From assembly GCA_964423225.1 (NCBI GenBank), contig CAYREE010000003.1:1-42149 (forward strand): a DNA stretch of 42,149 nt, written 5' to 3'. Every line of letters starts with the position of its first letter. Position 1 is the first letter of the stretch. Position numbers and translations under genes: made by a program. Under the pieces are notes generated by a model. That model saw nothing but the letters and a program-made list of their open reading frames with translations, searched no databases and had not been told where the DNA came from. The DNA is from an uncultured archaeon (lineage in GTDB: Archaea; Altiarchaeota; Altiarchaeia; IMC4; SCGC-AAA252-I15). Below, one piece after another: positions 33,827 through 42,149 of this stretch.

Positions 33827-34765
33827 CTACTTCAATAACATAAGCCGTGCAAGCAATGCTTCAAGCTGAATACGCTCATTAGCACCCTCAACAAGAGTGA
33901 AATTCGCCTCACCCACCAAGTCAATAATTCTAACCTTAACATTATCATCAACATCCAGGTTAAAAGCCTCACGATTCATCGAAAGCAGAATATCCTCTCC
34001 AGACAATCCATAATTCAACATCAACTCATCCAATAATTTCCTAGCCTCAATAAACTTCGCGGACAATGCAAGACTCAAAATCTTTTTTATGTCCTCAGGC
34101 CTCGCCCGGGTAGTAATAGAGTAGATGTTATCCTCATTGACTTCGCCTATTGCAGCTGCACTCTGTAAGATGTTTATCGACTGTCTAAGATCACCTTCAG
34201 AGACATAAAGCAGAGCATCAAGACCCTTATCTGTTGACTTGACCCCCTCCTTCTTGAGGATTCCCTCAAGATGTTTCTTGATTTTTTCCGAGGGTATCTT
34301 TGTGAATCTGAATATCGCACATCTGCTCTGGAGTGGCTCTATTAGCTTACTTGAATAATTACAGCTTAAGATAAAACGACAAGTTGACGTATATCTTTCC
34401 ATCGTCCTTCTCAAAGCGTTTTGCGCGTCAGAAGTCAGAGAATCAGATTCATCCAAAAAGATGATCTTAAAATCGCCTATGAGTGGCTTAGTCCTCGCAA
34501 AATCCTTGATCTTATTCCTAACAACATCAATACCCCTCTCATCACTAGCATTAAGCTCGAGAAAATCATGGGTTAGATCACCAAAAAGCTCTTTAGCAAT
34601 ACACATGGCAGCAGTAGTCTTACCCACCCCTGCAGGACCAGCAAATAATAAGTGAGGAAGGCTCTTAGCTGCCACATATGCAACCAACCGGTCAACCGCC
34701 GGCTCCTGACCAACTATTTCAGACAGTTTGACAGGCCGGTATTTCTCAGTCCAAGGTAATTCCAT
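33827..34765 (-). CDS. rfcS: Replication factor C small subunit
   Basis: 312 aa; PWTEKYRP, Walker A GPAGVGKTT, Walker B FLDESD, and the SRC motif QSRCAIFRF. No intein. Confidence 0.9.
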   Translation of the reverse strand: MELPWTEKYRPVKLSEIVGQEPAVDRLVAYVAAKSLPHLLFAGPAGVGKTTAAMCIAKELFGDLTHDFLELNASDERGIDVVRNKIKDFARTKPLIGDFKIIFLDESDSLTSDAQNALRRTMERYTSTCRFILSCNYSSKLIEPLQSRCAIFRFTKIPSEKIKKHLEGILKKEGVKSTDKGLDALLYVSEGDLRQSINILQSAAAIGEVNEDNIYSITTRARPEDIKKILSLALSAKFIEARKLLDELMLNYGLSGEDILLSMNREAFNLDVDDNVKVRIIDLVGEANFTLVEGANERIQLEALLARLMLLK

Positions 34766-34878
34766 CGTAGGATAAGTATTTTATTAGAAATTAATAAAAA
34801 GTGGATGAATAATAGATTACACGAGAAATCCAGGTATTATAACAGAATTAATCAATATACTGATGAGTTTTAATTCAG

Positions 34879-36210
34879 ATGACCAATGATAAAAACAGAC
34901 TTTATAAAAAGTATATAACAATCATCCTATCATGCTTGCTGATTGGTGAAATAGTATTTCTAATCCCAATAATCACAATAACAGAGAGGGTAGGTGATGA
35001 AGTATACTGGCTTCAAAACTCATATTTCTACTATCTATTCTTCATTGAAAAAGACGTATCGAACAGGGACTGGAGGGGTATGCATTCAATAGACCAACCC
35101 CCATTAGGAAAATACATTATGGGATTCGCATTAGATCAGATAAACGAAAAGAGGGTAACAAATTATAACGGACTAACAAGATGGCAGGAAGACTACATAA
35201 ATGAGAACATAATAAAGGTCAGGGAATGCCAGGAGGAAATATGTATACGATACAAGAACCTGATAAACGAGGGAAAGAGAAGGGGAGCAATCCCTAAGAT
35301 CACGCTAAAAGATATTTATGTGGGAAGGCTCGTATCCTATTCATTCACAATACTAACCCTCCTTGCCATTATCCTACTATGTAATAAAGTGTTTGATAGT
35401 AGTCTGACAGGAATAATCGCTTCACTAGTCTTCCTAAACAACCTCCTTACAATACCCACAATCATCCACGCATATGTAGATCCAATATGCTATTTTTTCA
35501 TGATTATGTCAGTCTACACGATGATACAGTTATATAAGAAAATCGAGTCTGAGAACTACAGAAAAACCGTGGAATATTCAATTACTACCGGGGTTCTAAC
35601 TTCACTTGCAATCAGTACGAAATTCGTTTCAATAAGCATGATAGCCACACTCGGAGTAATATATTCCATAGGTTTTATCCTTGCCCTCAGTAGAAAACGG
35701 ATAAAAACAATTAAAATAATATTCATCTCACTGATAATACTTTCTATAACAGGGATATTCACGTTCATAATCCTTAATCCATTCCTATACCAAAACCCGA
35801 TTAAAAACTCCATGACAATAATCCAACACCGTCAATTAGTGATGGACATCCAGACATATGCACATAACATAAAAAAACCAACAATAACCGAAAGGATGCA
35901 TACCGCATATATGAAGGGAATCCTACTAGACTCATCAAAACACAATAACTACTTGATGATAGTAATAAGTGGATTATTCCTCATTGGATTATCAAAACTA
36001 ATAAACAAAACAATAATAGAACTAAAGAAAGTCGCCTTGGGCCCCTATTCAATAATCATGATATGGATGCTGTCAACATACATAATACACGGCAACTTTG
36101 TGCATATAGAATGGAACAGATATTTCATGGGAATGGCACTTGCCACAAGCATGATAATAGCGTTAAGCATCCAAGAAATATCATCAAGATGTTTTACTGA
36201 AAATGGATAA
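34879..36210 (+). CDS. PMT-like GT-C glycosyltransferase (GT39-type motifs), tandem paralogue 1 of 3
   Basis: 443 aa, polytopic. The first loop carries GDEVYWL (DE at 34996-35001) and SIDQPPLGKYIMGF (35095-35112). Compare the eukaryotic/bacterial PMT DE motif and DVHPPL(A/G)K. Confidence 0.7.
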   Translation: MTNDKNRLYKKYITIILSCLLIGEIVFLIPIITITERVGDEVYWLQNSYFYYLFFIEKDVSNRDWRGMHSIDQPPLGKYIMGFALDQINEKRVTNYNGLTRWQEDYINENIIKVRECQEEICIRYKNLINEGKRRGAIPKITLKDIYVGRLVSYSFTILTLLAIILLCNKVFDSSLTGIIASLVFLNNLLTIPTIIHAYVDPICYFFMIMSVYTMIQLYKKIESENYRKTVEYSITTGVLTSLAISTKFVSISMIATLGVIYSIGFILALSRKRIKTIKIIFISLIILSITGIFTFIILNPFLYQNPIKNSMTIIQHRQLVMDIQTYAHNIKKPTITERMHTAYMKGILLDSSKHNNYLMIVISGLFLIGLSKLINKTIIELKKVALGPYSIIMIWMLSTYIIHGNFVHIEWNRYFMGMALATSMIIALSIQEISSRCFTENG

Positions 36211-37555
36211 ACAAGAGAATAATCACGTGAAAAAGATGTTAAACAGGTCTATCACAGATTATCTTGCCATCATAATCACAGTCTTTTTAATCCTTGAACT
36301 AGTACTAATCATACCCTCACTCTGGACGAACAGAAAGATAATAGATGAAGGATACTGGCTACACAGCTCATACTTCTACTATCTCTTCTTCATAAAAAAG
36401 GATATGGATCACAGAGACTGGTATAGCATGTATTCCATAGACCATCCACCACTAGGCAAATACATCATGGGATTCACGCTAGACATGATAAATAACAAAC
36501 GGATTGAAAACTATGATGGCCTGGCGAAATGGTTCGAACGATATAAATGCAAATCCAATCTATGCGATTATTTCCGAAAAAGAATAGATGAATACAAGCC
36601 AATAGGAAACATGCCAGAAATAACAATAGAGGACTTGTTTGTCGGAAGAATGGTATCATATACATTCACCGCATCAATACTGATTATCTTAGTAATTCTG
36701 GCCTCAATAACCTTCGATAAAAAGGCGGTTGGAGTGATAGCAGCCATGATATTCATAAACAACAAGGTAACATCGCCAATATTCCTGCATGCCTACATGG
36801 ATACTGCACCATATTTCTTCGTGCTAATAACAATAGTCTTCATAATCAAGACCCTGGAGAATATTAGAACCAATGATAATAGAAAAATAGTCATATATTC
36901 CATCTTCACAGGCATATTTGCCGTGCTTGGCCTAAGCACAAAGTTCTCTGCAAGCTATGTGATAATCACAATCATTATCATATACTTTACCAGCAGCCTA
37001 TTGGCATTGAGAAATAAGCAGAAGGCAAATGTAAAAATGTTCTTAAAATCAGCGTTTATCACCTCTATCATCGGGATAATCCTGTTTATAAGCCTTAATC
37101 CACTCCTATACAAAGATCCGATAGGAGGGATAAAACAGATGATCGAACATCGTCAGAGCGTAATATTCATCCAAAACCATTTCCTTGATGAACGAGTATC
37201 AGGCCTATATGAAAAAATCAGGATAATCTATTTGAAAGGCATACTACTAGACAGTAAAACAGGGTTTGGATTATTATCCATTACTCTAACAATATTATTC
37301 TTCCATGGATTATCAAACCTTTTGAAAAACATGAAGAAAGAAATAATAAAAGGCTATCTTGGCCAGTACTCAATAGTGACTATCTGGTTGGCAACATCAT
37401 ATATCTTCATAGGATACTTCGTCCACATGTCATGGAATAGATACTTCATAGGGATGGCATTGTCAACCAGCATAATAATATCCTATGCCATCATCAAGAT
37501 ACTCTCGGATTTAGAGGCAAATATCCTTGAGAGAATAGCGGATGATAAAACATGA
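36203..37555 (+). CDS. PMT-like GT-C glycosyltransferase, tandem paralogue 2 of 3
   Basis: 450 aa; IDEGYWL, SIDHPPLGKYIMGF. 8-nt overlap with paralogue 1 (ATG at 36203-36205; upstream TAA at 36208-36210). Confidence 0.7.
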   Translation: MDKQENNHVKKMLNRSITDYLAIIITVFLILELVLIIPSLWTNRKIIDEGYWLHSSYFYYLFFIKKDMDHRDWYSMYSIDHPPLGKYIMGFTLDMINNKRIENYDGLAKWFERYKCKSNLCDYFRKRIDEYKPIGNMPEITIEDLFVGRMVSYTFTASILIILVILASITFDKKAVGVIAAMIFINNKVTSPIFLHAYMDTAPYFFVLITIVFIIKTLENIRTNDNRKIVIYSIFTGIFAVLGLSTKFSASYVIITIIIIYFTSSLLALRNKQKANVKMFLKSAFITSIIGIILFISLNPLLYKDPIGGIKQMIEHRQSVIFIQNHFLDERVSGLYEKIRIIYLKGILLDSKTGFGLLSITLTILFFHGLSNLLKNMKKEIIKGYLGQYSIVTIWLATSYIFIGYFVHMSWNRYFIGMALSTSIIISYAIIKILSDLEANILERIADDKT

Positions 37556-38901
37556 GTAATAAAAAAAACTTCTACAAATCGATACCTAGTCCAAGAATCC
37601 AGGATTATGCCATTCCAATACTAGTTATCTTTCTTATATGCGAACTAATCATTATCTTCCCCTCCAATCCGCCGGAAATCATTATGGTTGATGAAATGTA
37701 CTGGCTCCAAAGCTCATACTACTACCACCTATACTTCATTGAAAACGACTTTACAAACAAAGACTGGAAAGACCAGACCGCGATCGACCAACCTCCATTT
37801 GGAAAATACTTGTATGGATTCGTACTAGACCTAGTCAATAATAAGAGAGTAACAAACAACCAGGGATTATACGAATGGTTCAGGATAGACATGGAAAGAT
37901 GCAAAGTGAGAAATCCAACCGACGTGAAAAAATGCGAATACTTCCTAAAGGAAGAACAATACGAGAAAGAATTAAGTATTAATAATATCGATGGTAAAGA
38001 CGTGCATCTTGGAAGAATAATAACATTCACATTTCTAGCAGGGATAATCATCGCATTAAATGCAATATCCCTGTTTTTCCTAAAGAACAAGCCAATAGGA
38101 GTGATTGCAAGCCTGTTTTTCATAAACAACACGGTAACATTAAAGACTATCATACCGACAACCGTTGACACCTTCTGCTATTTCATATCCACTATGACGA
38201 TAATAACGCTTATCATACTCCTTCAAAACATGGAAAAAAACAATCAAAAAAAGATAATAACCAAATCTATTGCATTAGGATTACTGCTCTCCATCGCATT
38301 AAGCACAAAACTAGTAACAGCATATAACGCAGTGACAATAACACTAGTATACCTCATTATCATCATCCTAAAGATATATGACAAGAAAAATCCGATGAAA
38401 CAACTAGTATCATTATCCATAGTAATACTAACCAGCATCACCCTCTTTATCGCATTAAACCCGGCATTACATACAGACACGTTTGAAACCATACAAAAAA
38501 CGATAATACTCAGGCAAGAAGCCATAGAATTCCATGCAAACTTCGTCCCAAACACGATACGAAACCCCAGCCAGAGAATTGACGCAATAATCTCCAAAGG
38601 AATACTACTTGACACAACAAAAGAAAACATCATCCTCCTACTATTCATCCTCATATCACTTCTATACGGAGTACGAAGACTCCTTAAAAACACGCAAGAA
38701 GAGATAAGCCACCGGAATATCGGACCCTACACGATAATTCTCCTATGGTCAATATCCGCATATACTGTGAACGGATACTTTGTACCCGTTGCCTTCGCGA
38801 GATATTTCATGGGAATGGTCTTATGCACAAGCATAATACTTGCAATAGGCCTCAATGATATAGCCTTAAAAATCCACGAGAAAAAGAATCCCAGCCCCTG
38901 A
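37552..38901 (+). CDS. PMT-like GT-C glycosyltransferase, tandem paralogue 3 of 3
   Basis: 449 aa; VDEMYWL, AIDQPPFGKYLYGF. ATGA overlap with paralogue 2. Confidence 0.7.
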   Translation: MSNKKNFYKSIPSPRIQDYAIPILVIFLICELIIIFPSNPPEIIMVDEMYWLQSSYYYHLYFIENDFTNKDWKDQTAIDQPPFGKYLYGFVLDLVNNKRVTNNQGLYEWFRIDMERCKVRNPTDVKKCEYFLKEEQYEKELSINNIDGKDVHLGRIITFTFLAGIIIALNAISLFFLKNKPIGVIASLFFINNTVTLKTIIPTTVDTFCYFISTMTIITLIILLQNMEKNNQKKIITKSIALGLLLSIALSTKLVTAYNAVTITLVYLIIIILKIYDKKNPMKQLVSLSIVILTSITLFIALNPALHTDTFETIQKTIILRQEAIEFHANFVPNTIRNPSQRIDAIISKGILLDTTKENIILLLFILISLLYGVRRLLKNTQEEISHRNIGPYTIILLWSISAYTVNGYFVPVAFARYFMGMVLCTSIILAIGLNDIALKIHEKKNPSP

Positions 38902-38941
38902 GTCTATTTATTAAGTGACGACCCCAAAATTATTTTTCACA

Positions 38942-41900
38942 ATGAATATAAAGCCTGTCGGAGACTATAAACCCGAGTATATAGAGGAGAATATTCTCAA
39001 GTATTGGAAAAAAGAGAGCATAATGGAGGAAACCCTGAAAGAACATAAAGACCGTAAGCTATTCTCCTTTCTCGAAGGGCCGCCCACTGCAAACGCGCCC
39101 CCAGCACTCCACCACGTAGAGGTTAGAGTCTTCAAAGATCTCGTGAACAGATACTACTATATGAAAGGCTATAATGTCCCTAGAAAGGCAGGATGGGACT
39201 GTCATGGCCTACCAGTCGAAGTACAGGTTGAAAAAGAATTGAAACTATCCACAAAAAAAGAAGTCATAGAATATGGGTTGGATAAATTCAATGAAAAATG
39301 CAGGGAAAGCGTATTCAGCCATATCAAAGAATGGGACGAACTGACAAGGAGGATGGCATACTGGATAGACCTTAATAATCCATACATCACTATGGACAAT
39401 GATTATATTGAAAGCGTCTGGTGGTCTCTAAAGAAAATATGGGAAAAAGACTTACTTTATGAAGGATACAGGGTCGTACCATATTGTGCAAGATGCGGTA
39501 CACCCCTTTCAAGCCATGAAGTCGCCCAGGGATACAAGAATATAAAGGAGACCACAGTGATAGTGGCATTCAGGGCTGTGGACAAGGATTATAGCTTCCT
39601 TGCCTGGACAACCACGCCATGGACACTCTTATCAAACCTTGCCCTAGCAGTTAATCCAGACATAAAATACGTTGTGATAAAATACAGGGGAGAAAAATAC
39701 CTCCTTGCAAAAAACATAGCTGAGATAAGATTTAAAGACGCTGAAGTCATCGAAGAAATCCTTGGAAAAGACCTTCTGGGACAGGAGTATCATCCATTAT
39801 TCAACCATTTCAAAGGAAAACTTGAAAAACCATCGTGGATGATCATACCCGGTGACTTTGTTACAACCGATGAGGGGACTGGAATAGTCCATATCGCCCC
39901 CGCATTCGGAGAAGACGACTATAACGTTGGAGTTGTGAACGACCTACCACTTGTCAATCCTATAGGAGAGGACGGATGCTTCACAGACCAAGTGCCAGAA
40001 CTTGCAGGAATGTTCGCAAAAGACGCGGATGAAAAGATAATACAGCTGCTAGATGATATGGGATATCTAATAACAAAATACCAGTATGAACACGACTATC
40101 CATATTGCTGGCGATGCAATACACCACTATTATACTATGCCATGAAATCATGGTTCGTCAAAGTCTCGTCAATAAATGAAAAACTGTTAAAAAACAATGA
40201 GAAGATAGCATGGTATCCAGAACATATCAAAGAAGGAAGATTCGGAAACTGGTTGGAAAATGCGAGAGACTGGGGATTATCAAGAAACAGGTTCTGGGGA
40301 ACACCCCTACCCATCTGGAAATGCGAAGAATGCGACAAACATGAAGTAATCGGAAGTAGAGACGAACTCATAGAAAAAGCCGAGGAGAATATAGATGAGA
40401 CTATAGACCTGCACCGCCCATACGTCGATAAGATACATATCAAATGCAAGTGCGGGAAAAAAATGAGGAGGGTAGAATACGTGATAGACTGCTGGTATGA
40501 TTCCGGGGCAGGATCATTCGCACAATTCCACCACCCATTCGAAAACAAGGAACAATTCACAGAAAACATGCCATACGACTTCATATCAGAGGCTACTGAC
40601 CAGACACGAGGATGGTTCTACACACTCCTAGTCCTATCAACAATCCTATTTGACAAACCAGCATATAAAAACTGTGTTGTAGGCGGGCTCCTACTTGACG
40701 ATAACGGCGAGAAGATGAGCAAGAGCAACAAGAATATAATCGATCCCTGGGAGCTATTTAACAAGGTTGGGGCAGACGCAGTCAGACTCCAAATGTGCTC
40801 ACAAGCACCATGGAATGCAAGAAGATTCGGGATAGACAGTCTGAACGAGACTGTCGTCCCATTATTAAGAACCCTATGGAACTGCTATCACTTCACAGTA
40901 AGATACATGATGCTCGACAACTTCGATGCAAGAAACGAAAAAATAGATGAAAACGAATTACAGATAGAGGATAAATGGATTCTAGACGTAGCAGACCTTG
41001 TCGTCGGAGAAGTATCAAAACAATTAGATGCAAACAACTTCCATGTAGCACTCACAACAATAAACAACTTCATCGTAGAAGACCTATCAAGATGGTATAT
41101 AAAACTAATACGAGACCGATTATGGCTAGAAGACACAGACGGAGTCATTAATCCATCAAAGAAGGCAGCATACATGACTCTAAACAAAGCCTTCGAAAAA
41201 ACATGCCTCATAATGTCTCCGCTCGCACCATTCATAACCGAAGAAATATACCAGAACATAATAAAAACCAGTGAAAAAAGCATACACCACATGCCATGGC
41301 CGAAACCAGGACACATTGACTCCAAGCTTATAGCTCAGATGAGCATAGCAAGAAAAATGGTTGAGGCAGGAGCAAACTGCCGACAACAAGCCAAGATAAA
41401 ACTACGATACCCCATAGAAAAAGTAACAATAATAGGGGATAAAACAGTGGCTGAATCAACCGAAACACTAAAAGAAGTGATAATAAAACAGTTAAACACA
41501 AAAACCATAGAATATGTTAAAGAAGTAAAAGAGATAGAATACATCGCAAATCCAGACTACAGTTTCATAGGCCCCAAATATGGAAAAGAAGCAGATAATG
41601 TGGCAAAAGCAATAAAAGAAAACCCAATAGAAGCGAAAAAAGCATATGAAACACGTAAAACAGTAAAGATAAGAGATTATGAAGTGGAGCCAGAAATGGT
41701 TTTAAGCGTATCAATAAACGTGCCAGAAGAATACGAGGCCACAGAATTCACGCAAGGAGACATTACAGGCATAATATTCATTGAAAAAGCAAGGAGTAAA
41801 AGCCTGATGAACGAGGCATTAGCTAGAGACCTGATCAGAAACGTCCAGAAACTAAGAAAAGAAAACGACCTGGAAGAAATGCAGAAGATAAGGATAACCG

Positions 41901-42058
41901 CTTTAAACAACCCTGAAATGGAGGATATGATAGCGGAATTCGAGGATTTAATACTATCAGAGACCAGATCCGAAAAAATCGACTTAAAAACAGGATTAAA
42001 GGCTTCAAACAGCTTAAAATTCGAGGGAACCGAGATATTCGTAGAAATCTCTTTTTAA
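38942..42058 (+). CDS. ileS: Isoleucyl-tRNA synthetase (archaeal/eukaryal, bacterial 'type 2'-like)
   Basis: About 1038 aa. Start moved from the GTG at 38915 to the ATG at 38942 (MNIKPVGDYKP). EGPPTAN..., GWDCHGLPVE, VVPYCARCGTPLSSHEVAQGY and KMSKS (40712-40726) align closely with Thermus-type IleRS. The HIGH position reads ALHH (39104-39115). Confidence 0.9.
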   Translation: MNIKPVGDYKPEYIEENILKYWKKESIMEETLKEHKDRKLFSFLEGPPTANAPPALHHVEVRVFKDLVNRYYYMKGYNVPRKAGWDCHGLPVEVQVEKELKLSTKKEVIEYGLDKFNEKCRESVFSHIKEWDELTRRMAYWIDLNNPYITMDNDYIESVWWSLKKIWEKDLLYEGYRVVPYCARCGTPLSSHEVAQGYKNIKETTVIVAFRAVDKDYSFLAWTTTPWTLLSNLALAVNPDIKYVVIKYRGEKYLLAKNIAEIRFKDAEVIEEILGKDLLGQEYHPLFNHFKGKLEKPSWMIIPGDFVTTDEGTGIVHIAPAFGEDDYNVGVVNDLPLVNPIGEDGCFTDQVPELAGMFAKDADEKIIQLLDDMGYLITKYQYEHDYPYCWRCNTPLLYYAMKSWFVKVSSINEKLLKNNEKIAWYPEHIKEGRFGNWLENARDWGLSRNRFWGTPLPIWKCEECDKHEVIGSRDELIEKAEENIDETIDLHRPYVDKIHIKCKCGKKMRRVEYVIDCWYDSGAGSFAQFHHPFENKEQFTENMPYDFISEATDQTRGWFYTLLVLSTILFDKPAYKNCVVGGLLLDDNGEKMSKSNKNIIDPWELFNKVGADAVRLQMCSQAPWNARRFGIDSLNETVVPLLRTLWNCYHFTVRYMMLDNFDARNEKIDENELQIEDKWILDVADLVVGEVSKQLDANNFHVALTTINNFIVEDLSRWYIKLIRDRLWLEDTDGVINPSKKAAYMTLNKAFEKTCLIMSPLAPFITEEIYQNIIKTSEKSIHHMPWPKPGHIDSKLIAQMSIARKMVEAGANCRQQAKIKLRYPIEKVTIIGDKTVAESTETLKEVIIKQLNTKTIEYVKEVKEIEYIANPDYSFIGPKYGKEADNVAKAIKENPIEAKKAYETRKTVKIRDYEVEPEMVLSVSINVPEEYEATEFTQGDITGIIFIEKARSKSLMNEALARDLIRNVQKLRKENDLEEMQKIRITALNNPEMEDMIAEFEDLILSETRSEKIDLKTGLKASNSLKFEGTEIFVEISF

Positions 42059-42108
42059 ATCAATACATACTATATAATATCCCAATAATTTTCGAGGGAA
42101 AAAATAAG

Positions 42109-42149
42109 ATGAAAGGCTCACATGGATATAGACGAGGAACAAGGAACCT
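42109..42149 (+). CDS. rpl21e: 50S ribosomal protein L21e, first 13 codons (truncated by the window end)
   Basis: ATG AAA GGC TCA CAT GGA TAT AGA CGA GGA ACA AGG AAC = MKGSHGYRRGTRN, the conserved S-H-G-(Y/F)-R-x-x-T-R N-terminus of archaeal L21e. A TATA-like ACTATATAAT lies about 35 nt upstream. Confidence 0.55.
   Translation, partial: MKGSHGYRRGTRN

Noticed and set aside
9597-38901. One of the GT-C proteins being the oligosaccharyltransferase AglB.
   Set aside because: None contains a WWDYG-type motif or the large C-terminal AglB/STT3 domain. Lengths (443-556 aa) are too short for typical AglB.
1-42149. CRISPR arrays, tRNA/rRNA genes, IS elements, integrases, toxin-antitoxin pairs.
   Set aside because: Intergenic space is minimal: the largest gaps are 197 nt at 2915-3111, 113 nt at 34766-34878 and 109 nt at 12059-12167, all AT-rich. 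I saw no spaced direct repeats and no GC-rich cloverleaf-sized segments, and no ORF has transposase or recombinase motifs. A tRNAscan/Infernal run would be needed to exclude small RNAs formally.

Overview
AT-rich, very gene-dense segment (about 40 genes, many 1-11 nt start/stop overlaps) that is clearly archaeal: it encodes RadB, an Mre11-type nuclease, the RFC small subunit, an archaeal/eukaryal-type TrpRS, TruD and the start of r-protein L21e. Housekeeping and central-metabolism genes are present: type III glutamine synthetase, chorismate synthase, EPSP synthase, malic enzyme, class I fumarate hydratase alpha and beta subunits, PanD, a phosphohexomutase and IleRS. They are interleaved with an unusually high concentration of cell-envelope glycosylation genes. 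(1) Eight polytopic GT-C-fold (PMT/ArnT-like) glycosyltransferases fall into three paralogue groups: four of 513-521 aa, one of 556 aa, and a translationally coupled tandem triplet of 443-450 aa carrying DE and (H/Q)PP(L/F)GK motifs. (2) There is one Dol-P-sugar-synthase-like GT2 and one GT1, the latter interrupted by an in-frame TGA. (3) A B12-binding radical SAM enzyme and a NodU/CmcH-type carbamoyltransferase sit in one operon with a GT-C. (4) Three membrane-anchored, presumably extracytoplasmic hydrolases are present: an MBL-fold enzyme, an NPP-type phosphodiesterase, and a sulfatase-like protein with Thr in place of the formylglycine Cys/Ser. (5) Four members of a Cys-pair repeat protein family that I do not recognise are scattered through the locus; two of them begin with lipobox-like signals. 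I found no AglB/STT3 signature, rRNA, tRNA, CRISPR array, transposase or integrase. The best candidate for an undescribed system is this glycosylation and envelope-remodelling complex (about 13.4-29.9 kb plus 34.9-38.9 kb), possibly a lipid-linked-sugar-dependent O-glycosylation or glycopolymer machinery. All functional calls rest on motif recognition by eye from the supplied translations; no database search was run.
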